A stretch of DNA of 63,813 nt, filler included, from Reticulomyxa filosa (GCA_000512085.1; 15 parts of 15 records of this genome joined end to end with filler, not necessarily neighbours in it), one strand, 5' to 3'; numbered from the whole stretch's first letter, positions 24,506-39,295 are shown. Notes: a model not told the origin generated them from the sequence alone. Numbers and translations: made by a program.

Positions 24506-25024
24506 ATTATTTTTGCTAACAAAAATTTTTGAACAATATAATTTTTCTTTTGAATTAAATAAATACATTTTCCCTAACGAATTAACATAACTATTAAATT
24601 ATTTTCTTCTTTCATAGAACGTTTTGTTGGTAATTTACTGCATTCAAATACGTTTGCTTTGAATATTTCGTAATTGTGCAAGCAGTATTCAATGATTGCA
24701 ATACTTATTAATCAAATTGAATTTGACATATGCAATATACACTTTCAAACAATCTTCACTTGGTGGTGTGCTGTTTGAAAAAACGGCCTTACATCTTCTT
24801 TTGATTCACGTTGATGACCAATAGACTTTTTGGGATGAAAGTTTAATATAACCAGCGATTGGTTGATAACAAAAGATTGAAAAAATAAACTCTCTAACAA
24901 TAACTATGATTTGGAAAAAGCATATCAAAATAATTTTTGAAAAAGAGCGCCAGTCTTGATGTCACACTTTTATTTTTTATTTTTTATTTTTTGCAATGCC
25001 TGTTAGAACAACCGTAACAAAAAA

Positions 25025-25059
<35 letters not shown>

Positions 25060-25083
25060 TAGAATGATAAGATAGCCGACAAT

Positions 25084-25440
25084 TTAGGAGACATCCAAAA
25101 TTTGTTCACCAAATTTGAAGAGATAATATTTGACAAATTGTCCGACAAGATCGAACAAAGAGTAAAACGAATGAGCAATTCCAACACAAAGAAAAATGCG
25201 AAGAACTTTGACATCTTGCGCCAAAGTAACAACAAAGACAAAGCGTGCTCTCCAAATGGTATGTCGGATCAAATACAACCCCAAGGTACTAACAACCAAC
25301 ACTCCACTGCCAATGATTTCCAAAAACCATTTTGTGTTTTCACCTATTGAGCAAAAGAAGTCAAGCATAGTTTCAATATGATACAATATAATATATGTGA
25401 ATATAATATATACATATATATATATATATATATGCATATA

Positions 25441-25475
<35 letters not shown>

Positions 25476-25882
25476 AATATAATGTAAACACAACTCAAGG
25501 AATCGGGATTGATATGACATCGACAAGACGGCGGACAAGAATAAATCGGATTCACGAGTTGCATTGACTGTCGCAAAACGGACTAAAACAAAGCCTGCTG
25601 CTAAAGAAGGAAATGGGGTCCCAATCGATGTAGTGATAGATGTAATCGGCGATGGGAAGGCGATACGTGAGCACGCCAAATATAGACACCGTTGCGAAAA
25701 GCAAGAGAAAGGCGATGGCATACGAGGTCCTTGGATGTTCGATCCAATCGACCCAAGCGGCGCGTTGGATATTGTAATTGTACTGACACTGCTCACAAGT
25801 GAATTGAGAGCGATTATGTGGACTCATCGATCGCCATTGGTTTAAACACATCACATGGACATATTTCATCGTCCCCGCACAT
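25084..25882 (-). CDS. MARCH-type RING-CH (RINGv) E3 ubiquitin ligase with TM segments, 5' truncated
   Basis: CAGTMKYVHVMCLNQWR...TCEQCQYNY (C-terminal half of C4HC3) followed by hydrophobic helices. A (TA)/(TATG)-rich intron lies at about 25380-25490. Confidence 0.85.
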
Positions 25883-28800
25883 CTTTTATTATTATTATTG
25901 AGAGGGAGGGAGATAAGATTTATCCCCCCTTTTTTTTTTTTTTGGACTGAACGAAAGGGGNNNNNNNNNNNNNNNNNNNNNNNNNNNNNNNNNNNNNNNN
26001 NNNNTTAATTAATTAANNNNNNNNNNNNNNNNNNNNNNNNNNNNNNNNNNNNNNNNNNNNGTTAATACATTTTGGATATCTTTGTTTTAAAACAAAGAAG
26101 GTTTACCAAAAATTCTTTGATAGCACACTGGTACTACTGGAAGAATAAACTGGTTTCTTTTAAAAAAGCTGGATCAGATTTGGAAAGAAAAAACCAAACT
26201 GTCACACACACAAAATGCCACTGACAACACAAGACAACAAGACTGATACCACTACAGAAAACAGTCGATCACATTTTGCATCATCTCCACTTCCTGATTC
26301 TCTTTCTACACCACGTCTGCTGCTGACATAAACAGAAATATGGACGCAATATTGTGTTAGAAAGAAATAAGATTTATTCACTTCTCCTAGTTTATTTTGT
26401 TTTGTATTGACCAGATGTGAGATATTATCTTATATTGGCAGAGAAGATAGATAGAGTGAGAAATAGAGTACTTAACATCAAATCACAACACTGTGAAAAA
26501 AACGAAGATTGATGTGACCAGCAATTGATGTAAAAGCATTGTCTATTATTTACATTTGATATAAATAATTGGACATTGCTTTTTTTCACTGACGCATTAT
26601 TGAGTCCACTAAAGATATCGGACAAACAATACTTTCGTCATGTGATAATTTGTAGCCTTTTTTTTTTGAGCGTACCAAAATATCACACACTTTATGCGAT
26701 TGTGAAAGTAGTGTTGTATGTCCATAATCTTCTGTTGCAGACGCGGAAATTGCGAACAATTTCTATTTCATTAGCACCATAATATTTCTTCAGCAAGGAT
26801 TGAACCTCCAGTTTTGGTGAAACCCTTCATGTTTTGACATTTAAGAACTTCCAACATTCCAACAAATGTTTGACTATACATATTTCCAAAAGTCTTCTGC
26901 TTTTCAACGATCGATTTGTTTCTTCCTTTCAGTGGTTAGTTCATTCTACGCTGTTGGATGACACGAGTTCTTGCGAGACTGGTAGTTTTCGCAACAAAGC
27001 TGGTCCTTCTAGACTTTGGATTGAACTCATTTGATATTGGATTAATCGTCAATGCAAGACGGCAACACTTGCTTCAAGACACCTGGACGTCTTTTTCTCA
27101 ATGCCAACTGCTTATGGGATTACGTAATCTAATTGTTGTAAAAACAACAAACAACAAATCAATCTATTCAAATTGTGCAGAAGGAAAGATGCAAGAGTCA
27201 ATGTCTCTTTTAACTTCAATCTTTTTCCAAAAGCACTCGCATCAATGAGACAATCTTACTTGACGAACAGCACACCCCGATTTGATATGTTCCGCCAAAC
27301 CAACACGAAGACATTACCAACAATATCTTGTAAATGTTTCAATATCTTTGCTATGTTGATATCATATGGAGGGAGGGGGTGAGTGATCACCAATGAATAT
27401 GACCACAAATACGTATATAGGACGATGATCGATGTTCGACCAAATTCTGCTCATTGATAAGTTGGAGCGCATCGAATGAAAGTGGTGCATAACAATCTGC
27501 TGTGATATTGAGATTGAAAGCACACAATATATTTATTGCTATTTGTGTTTTATTTCAATAACATTCGTCGCGGCCATTTTTTTCTTTTATCCTTTCTTTA
27601 AGTTAACCTTTTTCTTCTTCTTCTTTTCACTATCCATCTTTTTCTTGCTTTCACTACAAACATGAAGTACATCATTCTACAATGAAAAGGTATATGCTAA
27701 CATTGTGTCGATTAAGACATTATTACCAACAATTGAAAATATTATACACATAATATATACCTTGGACTAGAGCACGTTGCCTTTGTCATCATCTACTGTG
27801 GTCGCTCGTGGTATGGTGATAATTTAAGATTGGAAGTGTAATCATGGATATATGCAAATGGACACATTTGAGCAAGATCAGGATGTTCATTTGTTTCTGG
27901 ATGTTATTAAGTGCGCATGCGCTCACACCGATTTCCAGAGGAATGATGGCCCAACTTGACAACGGCGACATTGATACATTGGAAGCCGTGTTTACAAATT
28001 GGCTGGCCATGCTAGTTATTTGCTTGCTCTTCAAATGTGATTTGAAGACAAAACAATGGAGCACACTAGGAGCCATATGGATAATAGATAGTGTTAATAT
28101 CATTTGCCACTGATGGAAGTTGTTCAATGATTACAATTTGGCCAAACATTGTCAGCGACGGATACGTACTATGTGCCGACTATGATATGGTCAAATTATT
28201 AATAATTCTAGCGCATTCACTTGGAATATATTTTTTATATCAAATCTATATATGTACAGAAATAACAGATTAATTGGAGACTATTGGAAAAAAAAAAGAA
28301 GATAGCTGTTTAATCATAATGCACTTCAAACTTGTTTATTTTTCAATTATACCAGTGTTCCTTTCGATGACGAACGATATTGATGTGGTATCTTGAAGGC
28401 AGCGTTCAATTCTTAAGCATCCAAAATATCGATTATGTGGATAGCTTCTTCGATTTCAAAGTGCCACACTTGATCAATAATAAATATTCTGGTACATTTT
28501 TATCCATGGAACTGGACGGTACAACTATTGTGGCTGATGTGTGCGTGTTTTTTTTTTTGAGACTTCATTTTCAGGAATAGCTTGTATTTTGAATAACGTG
28601 CTCTGGATGCTGATGGAAGCGCATTATTTGTAATTTGAAATAAACACAGATGATATTAATGTATGTCCATAGAAGCGTCATCCAAACGACGAACACATGT
28701 TTATTCATATATACCGGTATGCTTGATCATTGTCGCCATCAAATAAAGTGTAGAGAGTGATACAGCAGCTGTGCTGAATATAATAATAATAATAATATGC

Positions 28801-31113
28801 ACTGTTGGTTGTATCTTGCAGCCAATATAGTACAATGCTGGCTTCTTGTCAATCATCCACTTTATATTCACCACATCTTTGAGCTCGCATTTGAGAATGA
28901 TGAGTCAAATGCGAATGCTATAATATTATAAGTATGTTACCATATTTAATAAATAAACAAACAAACAAACAAAAAATACGTAACTATTGTTGTTGTCCTC
29001 GCAAGAGTCAACAATTCCAACAAAAAAAAAGTTAAAAAANNNNNNNNNNNNNNNNNNNNNNNNNNNNNNNNNNNNNNNNNNNNTTAATTAATTAANNNNN
29101 NNNNNNNNNNNNNNNNNNNNNNNNNNNNNNNNNNNNNNNAGAAAAACAAGGAAGTAAGAAGTAGTTAACTGAGGAAGTTTAACACAAAGGGGGCTCCTCA
29201 GTTCCATACGAGTTCAACCATGTGTGATAAGGACTTGCCCTACAATGCATAATTTTGTTTTTTCATTGTTACAAAAACAATAGAATTATAAATAAAAAAA
29301 AAAAAGATAAAATATGTGCAAGAAATTGATTTCTTTAAAGGTTATTGTGCCGATGAGAAATGTGGAATTTCATTGACAATACAATTGTTGCTTTATATTA
29401 CGAAAACAGTTACATTATGTGATATAGACTCTCGAAAAGAATTCAAACGCTTACAGAATATTCGGAATGTGTTTGTATAGCAAAGTTTTCGACTAGTGGT
29501 ACCTTGTTCATGTGCTGAGTAAAAAATTATAACATCATCTAATACCAAACAGTTAATGTATGGAATAAAGAGTTAGTGAAATGTTGTCGAATTGAATCAT
29601 TGGACTTATAATAAGGCGTACATTGTATACAAACATCATTTTTAAAAACAAACAAAAAAGCAAAGTGAAACATATTATCAACTCTGTATAACACACTTAC
29701 ATAATGTTTCAGTGAAAGGGCAATCTGGGAATTTATATACGACATCCAAAGAAACTACGATTCTTATTGCAAATATGTAATAGCTGCCAAAAGACCAAAA
29801 ATCAATAAATACAAATCTATAGAAAAAGAAACAGTATCAAACAACGTTGGTGCACATTGTGCAATAATCGAATTTTTCGGTGCAATTCGAAAGATATATT
29901 TAGACATAATTTACAAATTGTCAATACAATATTCATATTGTTTGTTTTTTATATTTTTCAAATAAATTGATATTAAATAATGTTCCATATTCTTCATTAT
30001 ATTCATTTTTTTCTGGTCTTCTCGAAATTTATCACAAATTCATTTCTAATTATTCTTCAATTTTCATTTGGATTCTTTGCATCTGTCCACTTAAGAGTAA
30101 CCGAAGTCATAGATTTACGTTCAACACTTAGCTCCAATAATTTGATAACAATATCATTAATCACCAAATGATTGAATCATATAATGAACTGTTGATTATC
30201 AGACACAAAATTAAAAATTTTGTGACTAATTTAATCATTGATCGTACTGTCCAATAACTTGATGTTTTCTTGTATTTGTATCCATTGCATTATTCTTACA
30301 AATATTTTCAATTATATTAACTTACTTTTTTAATCATTGAAAAGGAAAATATATACAAACAACAAATAAATACATAATTCAAAACGAAACGTCATAAAAG
30401 GTTTTAAATGAATCTTGTAAAATTTAATGTTATATAAACATTGTCAAGTTTTTCAGTAAACATTGTGTCAACACAATCGATCAAACTATCTATTCTTTTG
30501 TTTATATTTGCAATAATTTCGTCTATTGTTTATTTCTTTGATGATTTCTTTTAAGTCATTTTTCCATTTTACCACTCATTATCTTTTTCCTTTATTTCAT
30601 CAATCGCATTTACAATTCTATCTTTTTTTCTTGATCATATATTCATACAACCACAACATGATTGTCTTATATGCTTTCATTTTGTATTCTTTCGTGCACC
30701 TGAAAGGCTAATACTTGCCTCATCTGCAAATGATGCAGATTTTTCGTCAATATTTTCATACTTTCTTGCTGTTTGGGTGGAAGACATTTGCAAAAATGAT
30801 TGCATTGAATATATTTTCTTTATCAATCCAAAATCAAGATCTTTTTACACCTAATTTTTTTTCCCTTTTTCAAAAATTCGTTGAACAAGTTTCCTTGTGT
30901 TCCCAGCAGCTCTTTGAATACTTCAATTTGTGAAAAGCAGACACTAAAACGAGTTGAATGTAACGTTCCAAGTACATTGCACTTAACGCAGAAAAGACGC
31001 GGTCAGTTGTGAGAAAATTTTCGTTAAGAATAGATATTACAAAATGTTGATACTTAAAAAACGAACAATCAAGAAATGATTGCAAAGGGGGTGTACAAGT
31101 TTTGTTCGAACTT

Positions 31114-32960
31114 CTACGAGTATACGTATTTGCTCGCCATGAAATAAAAGCTAGCGGCATGAGCAGAAGTGTCTCCGTTAGGAAACTCAAAGTACAATAA
31201 CTCGTGATCATATCCGTCATCGAAAGACCGACAAGTGGTTGCAAGATTGGCGTAGTCAAAGTCATTATGGGCCCTCAAGACCGTGGAGTCATTGTAAAAA
31301 GTGGATAACCTCAAAATGACTCCATCCAACAACGTGGCATTGGCAATTAAATACAAGTCATTAAAAACGGAAATGGAAACTGGAGGAAGAGCTCTATCTA
31401 CAAAATAATCACCGATCAGTAGCTGATAATTGCTTGGGAGTACATTGATGTCGTATTGATAAGCCTTTTGCGTCAAGTATTTGTCCACGACTGGCAGTAG
31501 TTGCAACAAGATGTCGTAAGACCAAACTGTTGAATCGGGGACTTCGTCTTCTAATGCCACTGTAAACACTCCTAATTTGTAGTCCGGGACCATGGCTACA
31601 CTGCTACGGTACCCGTTCAAGCTCCCTTGCTTTGATTTAAACCAAACTCCAGTTTCACCTACATTGAACATATTTTTTTTTATTTTTAAAAAAAAGGAGT
31701 GGCTCTTTTTTTTCCCACAAGTATTTTTTCACCAAAAAAATATGGAGCCTCTTGTTTGCAAGAGTATACGTAAACGTATATGTAACCATTAGAAGTGGAG
31801 TTGAAGTAATTATAAGCCATTTCCCATGGACTGCCAATGGCACCCAATCCATCATTCAACAGCATCTGAGGCGTCAGCATTTCATTGACAGTGAACCCAT
31901 CCAGCAATTGATTGGGATGTTCGTTGACGGTGATATTGTTTCGGAACATGAATTGCATGAGTTTGGCCAAGTCGTTTGCGCTCGCCAACATACCTCCAGC
32001 GGGGTTTTCAAAGCCTATACTGTGAAGACGGACGGGTATCAATTCGCTTTGATTTAAAGGATTGGTTGTCACTCCAACCGCACTTTGAGCAATGACATTG
32101 GGATCAGAGTAATTAAAGCCGGTATACTGCGATAAGTTCAATCCACGAATGATAATCTCTTCCATTACCTGCTCATACGTCATTTGTTGCATCTCATTCA
32201 CCCGACTCAGAGCATATCCTAACACTGCTATACCCAAATTCGAGTAATGGAAGCGCTCATTCTGCGGCATCACTACGTACTCCTTCGACACCAGTTCAAA
32301 TACCTCTGCCGCCGTGCATTCTCTTGTTTATTTCGTTATATACATATATGTATATATATATATATATATCTATATATATTGGACACAAATAATTGAGGAG
32401 TATGTAGTATACGTAAATATTGAACAAAAAAAAAAAAATGACCCCCCCCCTTGCCTTGAACTAAACTGCGTCCATGAACAAGGGTAAGGCACTTCACGAG
32501 GTAAACCACTGTTATGAGATGACAATTCCCTCAAGGTAATCGGCCTGTTGCTGTGATAAGGGGATCTTATCTTGAACTGGGGGGCGTATCTAGTGACCGG
32601 GTCGTCCAAGTTCAGCATTTGTGCGTCTCGGTAATAGTACAAGAGCACGTCGGTGAACACCTTGGTAATGGAGGCAATTTGCACCAAGTTGTCGCCGTTT
32701 GGAGGGGGTGCGTTCTTCGCAAAGTAGTCGCTGCTCCCGTAGCCTTTCACGAACAACAACGTTTGGTCCAATACGATACTGGTGATAAAGCCTGGCACGT
32801 TGTTCGTCGTTGTCACATTCAAAATAAACGCGTCCACCTCTTCCAACGCATTTGTAAACAGAGAACTATCCAAATAGAACGTTGGATTGGGATATTCTGG
32901 ACAACTCTTAACCAGCCATGTCCCTAGCACCCAAAAAATAAAACGGTTGATCGAGTTCAT
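31114..32960 (-). CDS. Secreted serine beta-lactamase/D-Ala peptidase-fold hydrolase (LACTBL1-like), 3 exons
   Basis: Signal peptide, IASITKVFT (SxxK), LDDPV, ITLRELSSHNSGLPRE, FHYSNLG (YxN), PAGGMLASANDLAK and SKQG (third motif). Confidence 0.9.
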
Positions 32961-33598
32961 AATTTCTAATATCAATACAATCACTCCCCCTGTTCTAAAG
33001 AAAGAAAAAAGCTAGCCAAACGACACATCGACAAACAATAAAATGTTTCAAATTTCTGAAAATATCTTAGAAGAGTTGAATCTGTACGAAATTCATGCGA
33101 AGCAAAAAACAGCTTTAAATCAATTCTTAAAGTGTTAAATTTGAACAATTTGTCAAAATGATTATTATAACTAAACATGAACTTCCATTAATTGAGTTGA
33201 TTTGTGAAAAAATATTATAAAAAGTAAAAAAAAGTGTGATTAATGTGCTTATGATTTATAATTATTTTTCAGAATTTAGTTTATCGAATGTAAATAAAAC
33301 CAATTATTGCCTAAGTCAAGGGCATTCCATTTATATATTTTTTTGTATTAATAATTTTGATATGTTACATAAAAATATTCAGTATATATACATTTTCATC
33401 TTACATGAATCAAACTTCTTTTTTTCAAATTTTTACAAAATACTTTCTTTTTTGCAAAGAATAGCAGTATAATCAAATTCTTTTGTTCATTGTGATAGAT
33501 CGCAATACAAAGATTTGTCATTTTTTAGTTTTACATATTAGAGTATACGATAGTTTTCATTGTTTCAAAAAAAGGCATACAATCGATAAGAAAACAAT

Positions 33599-34543
33599 CT
33601 AAATGATCAGTTGTAGACCACCAACACTTGCAAAAAATTGTTGCATTTCAGTTTTTTTAGTTTCTGTTAAGTTTTGATTGGCATCCATTTTAAGTAATGT
33701 CAATCGAGACAATTTTGCCGCGTTGTCTCGATGTCCGAAAAACCGAAGTAAGTAATCACAAGTTCGATCTGAAATTCCAGTGGCATTGAGGTTGAAGCCA
33801 GTCAAATTATAAAAAGGCAAAACTTTGTCCACCAACATTTTAGTAGATTCATCGGTTATTTGTTTGTTATCAGAAATGTCTAGCCATCTATTGTCGAATT
33901 TTGTGATATAATATACGTTTATTTTTGAAGTTTCAGATTTCAAACATAAACCCTCTTTGTTATATTATTTTTTTTGTTTATTTTTTTTTTTGCAGAACAG
34001 CAGAGCCTTGGAAGTATTTTGCGATAATGCGTCAACCAGAATTTCAAAACATTTGTCATTCAATTGGTTGTTTGATAGTGTCAAATGGGTCAATGAATTG
34101 GCATTTGCAATAATTCCTGATAACCATCGTGTCCCTTTCATGCCAAATTGACATTCACATACAATCGTTGCAATTTTAGTTGGAATGCCTGTGTTCTTGA
34201 TTGTTTTTTGATTTGTTTGTTGACGTCTGGACTTGGACTTTGGTATCTGTTCCTCGTTGATGAATACTAAGCCAAATCGATCATAAGCGTTGGAATGTCG
34301 ATATAATATTTGATCTTGAATCACTCGTAAATCCAAGGTACTCATCTTCATCCATTGTTGAGAATTTATATTCAAGTCACCGTCCTTTTTGAAGCATTGA
34401 TCAATTGTGTCGTTTGTCCACGACAAACAAAGACCAATAAACTCTGTTGTCATGGTTGCAACATCTCGAGGGATGTCGATATTCAATATTTCTTGAGATT
34501 CTCGCAAGTAACCAAATGCTAATAATTGCCCTCCAGGATACAT
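33599..34543 (-). CDS. Leucine-rich repeat (RNI-like) protein, 2 exons
   Basis: LTHLTLSNNQLNDK, WLDISDNKQITDES, LTGFNLNATGISD and LTLLKMDANQNLT. Confidence 0.75.
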
Positions 34544-34759
34544 TATTTAGGTCTAATATTTGCTTCTTCAAGAGTTTCTCAGTGTCCTTTTTAATCTTTT
34601 TCCCCTAAGCGCTGTGAATAAAAATCATTCTCGCTAGTGACAAAAAATTTCTCTTTTTTAAAAAGAAGAAGGACAACTTCAGTTTTTACTGGCAACTTCT
34701 TTTTTTTTTGCAGTGCCAAAGAAAGGTTTTCTTCACAAAGGGCTTTAAAAAAAAACACT

Positions 34760-36160
34760 ATGGATCAAACAGTGAAAGAAGTGGGGAATTCTGTGTGGGA
34801 TTTAGTTTGCAAGAAATTGTGGATCGACAAAGAGTTTGCCAAATGGTTGGCAATATTTGGCGGTCTTTCATTGACCTCTCGATATCTTTTGTACAAATTT
34901 TACTACCCGTCATTGGTTCGGTACTTTTCCCCTCAATCTGGAGAAAGTGAAGTATTGATGCGACAAGTGACATCAAGTAAATCGTCAACTGCCTTGTCTC
35001 ACCACCCAGGGACAGTGCAGCTCAACAAGAGAGTATCAGTGTCACAAGATCTGCCTCCTCAAGTGGTAAAAAGAGTCTCAGTCGTGCCACTCTTCCAGAA
35101 ATCGTTATATAACAAAGACGTTCGCTGGAGAAACAGTTTGGAACATATTCCTTTTTTTTTTATTTTATACGTGTGTGACCCCTCCTCTTGTTATATTTTT
35201 ATGTTTGAAAAAACTATTAAAATAAAAAGGCTACCAAGCAGCATCGCGTGTAGTTGCGCTCGTGAATGCAGTCTTGACTGCTTATAATGGCTTTCGAGCG
35301 ATGAAGCAATTGGGAATAACCGTGGCTTCGGTACAGGCAGGACCAGATCACAGCAAAGAAACTGATCCACTTTCGTTAAGTTTGATTAACATGAACATGG
35401 CCTATTGCGCCTGGGATTTGATCGACATGTTGGTAAATGATGATTGGTCTTCCAGTTTGGTTTTTCCATATCATTGCATAAACTACTTATGTCGTTTGTC
35501 AAAAAAAATTTTCGATTAAAAAAAAATTTATTTTGGAGAACCCCTTTTCCGAATTTTTTTTTTTGGGGGGGGGGTTTGTATTGGGGTTAAGATGCGGCAT
35601 TTTTGTTTCATCATTCCGTGGTCGTGGCGGGCGGACATGTGATCAAGAAATTGAATCGATGCAGTGAGATATGGGTGTTCACGTATCCTTGGTCGGACAT
35701 TCCGACAGTAATGATGCACGCATCGTGGTTTGCTAGACATGTAGTGCAAAACTTATCTGGACTATTCGAGCTGTTTAAAAAAAAATCAGTACGCGATGTA
35801 AATCCTCAAATTAAACATCACGAGTTGTCCCAACAGATGGAACTGTTCCAAAAGTTGGAAACGCCTTTGCTTGGTGCTTTTGCGCTTTCGTTCTTTTATA
35901 TTCGCGCCATTTTGTTTTCTCAAGTTATACCTGTTTGGCTTTATCGCGGTTACCACTCTCAAAAAGACTGGGGCACATGGAATAAACTCGTCGCTGGTGT
36001 ATGCGTGTCTGGCATTCTTGGCGTCGGTTATTTGTGGAGTTATAAACTTTGTCTCAAATTCTATGACACTATTAAAGGGGCCACCGAACAGGAGACCGAA
36101 GAAGAGGTCCATGTGCATAATCAATTGGTTGAGGTTGCTGAAAATGAACCCGCAGAATAA
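34760..36160 (+). CDS. TLC (TRAM/LAG1/CLN8) domain membrane protein, about 3 exons
   Basis: LVNAVL, MAYCAWDLIDML, FHHSV, DIPTVMMHASW, FALSFFYIR and final YLWSYKL; TMEM56/CLN8-type motif order. Confidence 0.75.
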
Positions 36161-36928
36161 AATAAGCTCATTACTTAATTTTTTTTAGAGGAGATCTTAC
36201 ATCTTTTTGATTATTGAAATTTTGGTTTTTTCCATTTTTGTTGCATCTTTTGCGTTTCTTTTGGCAAAATACCCCACGCAAAGCAATTTTTCGATCAAAA
36301 TGACTTTTGTGTATACGAAATTAACTTGGGAAGAAGAATTTGGATTTTGCTTGGGTGTTGTTTGATGATGGATAGAAATGTTCAAAAAAACATTTAAATC
36401 GACAAATGATTTTTTGTAAAAACAAAGAAGTTGTTTCATCTTGTTTTCGGTATAATAAAATCCTCAAAGATGTTATTTTTTAACTACTAAAAACACAAAG
36501 CCAAATAACTGAATCATGCAATTCTCCTTTTCTTTTATTTAAATTTTTATATTATCTGGTTTTCGAACAAACCCTTTGAAAAAAAAATTTTGAACCGGTG
36601 AAAGAGTTACGAAAATGAGAGAAATCAAATTCGAAGTCTACACTGCGAAAAATTTAACTGACACGTGTCTTTGTTGATTTGATAATCTCTCAAAAAACTG
36701 TTAATGGTAACTGTCAAAAATAAGAAAAAACGAAATCTTTTGAAAATTTTTTAGCATTACAAAATGAATAGAATGAAGCTTGCTAAAAGTGCAAAGGTCA
36801 ATCATGTATCTATGTTTAAAACAAATGCATCATTCTATTTCGTTACTTGAAAAAGTAAACACTTGCAATTCGAGAAGTATTTATTCCAAATTGATGTAAA
36901 CTTCTTTTTTGGGCAATTAATCCGTGCA

Positions 36929-38900
36929 TTAAAAATCAAGAAACTTGTCTAGGGGCGGCATAATGAAATCTTCTCCATACCAAAACGTTAAAATATCATA
37001 CCAATTTGAAGGACATTGCACAGAAATGTTGGCTAAATTGCACTTCAAAACATCAAAATCAAACGCTTGTGCCACTTGATTGGCAGCGCTGTTACAAAAG
37101 ATATACTCTTTTCTTGTAAAGTAAGTATAATTTCGAATTTCTTTTTCGTTGGGTCCACAGAATGTAACCAAATCCTTGTCTCTCAGCTCATAGGTTGAAT
37201 TGTGATATCTTTTTGAGTTGTTTGTTAAAGGTTATTTCCTATGTGATTTGGAGATAAACCATCAACTTCAAAAAAAAAAAGAACTGGCTTGGGCTTGATT
37301 CAAAATCACTGAAATAAGTATACACATCAATGTAATTCATCAAGTCCAAATTTTGAATTGTATGTCCACCGCCATATTCGGGCATGAAGTAGCGGGCCAA
37401 AATGAATGAAATGTCACACGGACCATTGTACCATTTTTCGGTTTTGGCGTCACAATTCCAATGTGTACGTTCGAACATTGGCAAGTCGTTTAAATCGTTT
37501 ACAATCAACAGCGGCGTTTTATCTCGATACTTTGATAAAATGATCGTTGTTATATCACTCCATTGCAATGGTGTATCCTTCTGTGCTTTCAATTTTGATT
37601 GTGGCAAAGAGGACCTTTCCACTGGAAACGGACGGTAAGGATTATCGTCTTGTCCAAATCGCGCAAGATCTGAAGCGAATATCGCCCAATCAGGATGTTT
37701 CAAGGGAATTGAATATATCTTCGACAGACTGTCTCTATCGACATAAATATCAATATCATGGTCATCTTTTACACCAAACAAATCAAAATGTAAACAACTT
37801 TTTTTTTTTTTGAAAAAAAAAATTTGAATAAAAAATGCAGTTACATACATGGGTTCCAATTTTCATTGCGGAGAATACCTTCCACACAAGTTTGTTTGTC
37901 AAAAATGCATCTTTGAAATAATGAGGGTGTTTTCAAACAGGTTTTTACATTTTTTAAAAAGACATTCATGTTTGTGTCCCTCTACTAGAAACTTAGGAAC
38001 GATTCATGTTATCCGGGTTTTCGCAGCCCTTGAGAAGGAGGGGGGGGGGAGGGAGAAAAAAAAAAAAAAAAAGCGAACCTAACAAAGTGCCATAGGTGAC
38101 GACATAGTTAATATGAAAGGGACGAATAACAAAATGTAAAAAGTGTTTCAACAAAGTTTTCCTTTTTTCATCGACTTCGGGAGTTAAAATATTGTCAAAT
38201 GTTTTGCGTATTTTCCAAGGCGAAGAGAACTCTTCAGGGAAGAGGGGTTTCCAAAGTTCCTTGGAATCGTCTTGATATTGATTTGAGGGTACATATTGGT
38301 CTTCACTTGAAAGGTCGGACATATCGGAATTTGTCCAAAGAAAACTGTCGCCTGACTCATCATTGATAGCGGCAATGCGATATCGCTCCCAACTTAGATT
38401 CCATCCGAATGCATAAATGTCAAAATCAATTATTGCGGATAACCGCTTTTGACGTGCGAACTGCTGCATTAACTCCCACACTTTTATTTTCTTTGAGTTG
38501 TTCGTGTAAGGAACTACCAATGCTGTTTGCTTGTTCACGGTTGTGTGTGTCATCTTGTCTCCCGATTTTTTTCGTGTCCAATTCTCTTTTTTTTTGTTAT
38601 GTGCAGTGAATCGTTCATTCTGTTGAAGATCTCCACTAATATTTGTCTCCATTCTTCTTTTGGTACTTCAAACTGATCTTCAGTTACTGCTTTTTCTGAT
38701 TTGCTTGGCTTTGGAGAGCTCTCCAGCTTCATTGGCAAGCTATTCGTAAATGCAAACCAATGCAAGCCTCCGTCTCTTTGTGATTCAATGACCCCAACAT
38801 GGCGTGTTATCAACAACAAAAAGGCCCAGGATAGTGTCAATATGCTGCAAAATAATGTGCTATAGCGCAATAATATTGACTGGACATACTTCACAGTCAT
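36929..38900 (-). CDS. LicD/fukutin-family nucleotidyltransferase-fold type II membrane protein
   Basis: N-terminal TM anchor, then spliced YVVTYGTLLG|ILRNENWNP|DDHDIDIYV (GTLLGxxR...PxDxDxD), and a C-terminal VQCPSNWYDILTFWYGEDFIMP. Confidence 0.75.
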
Positions 38901-39295
38901 AATGTCTTTAGTTCAATCTTAGTTTTTTGTGGATCTTTCCTTGAATTTGTCATCACTTTTTATGTGGAAACTAGCCCGAACAAAATCATCGCCATTTTTA
39001 CGCCGTACGTGCTGCTAAACGCCTTAAATTGAACGTGCAAATTTGTTTTATTTATAATCTTATGCGTATCGACTATCAGTTTTTAATCAGTAGCGTAGAT
39101 ATTCTTATCTAAGAAAAGCAAAAATTGCATTTGGAAATACGGCTGCCCCTTTTTCTGGACAAAAGTGACAACAGAGTTTTGGTTCACTCTGGTGTTTTCT
39201 TTTTAGAAGAAGCTGCAGGGGTTTTTGCCTGTCGTGTTAGCATATAATCCTGTTCTTTTTATCCTCTATTATCCTGTGTCTTAGTATATTTTTCG

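Noticed and set aside
25373-25576. YIYIYI/YTYT ORFs (also 20476-21025, 45267-45552)
   Set aside because: Translations of intronic (TA)n/(TATG)n microsatellites.
31114-32960. Bacterial antibiotic-resistance gene or contamination
   Set aside because: It has spliceosomal introns and sits among eukaryotic genes on the same contig; the fold alone does not imply beta-lactam resistance.
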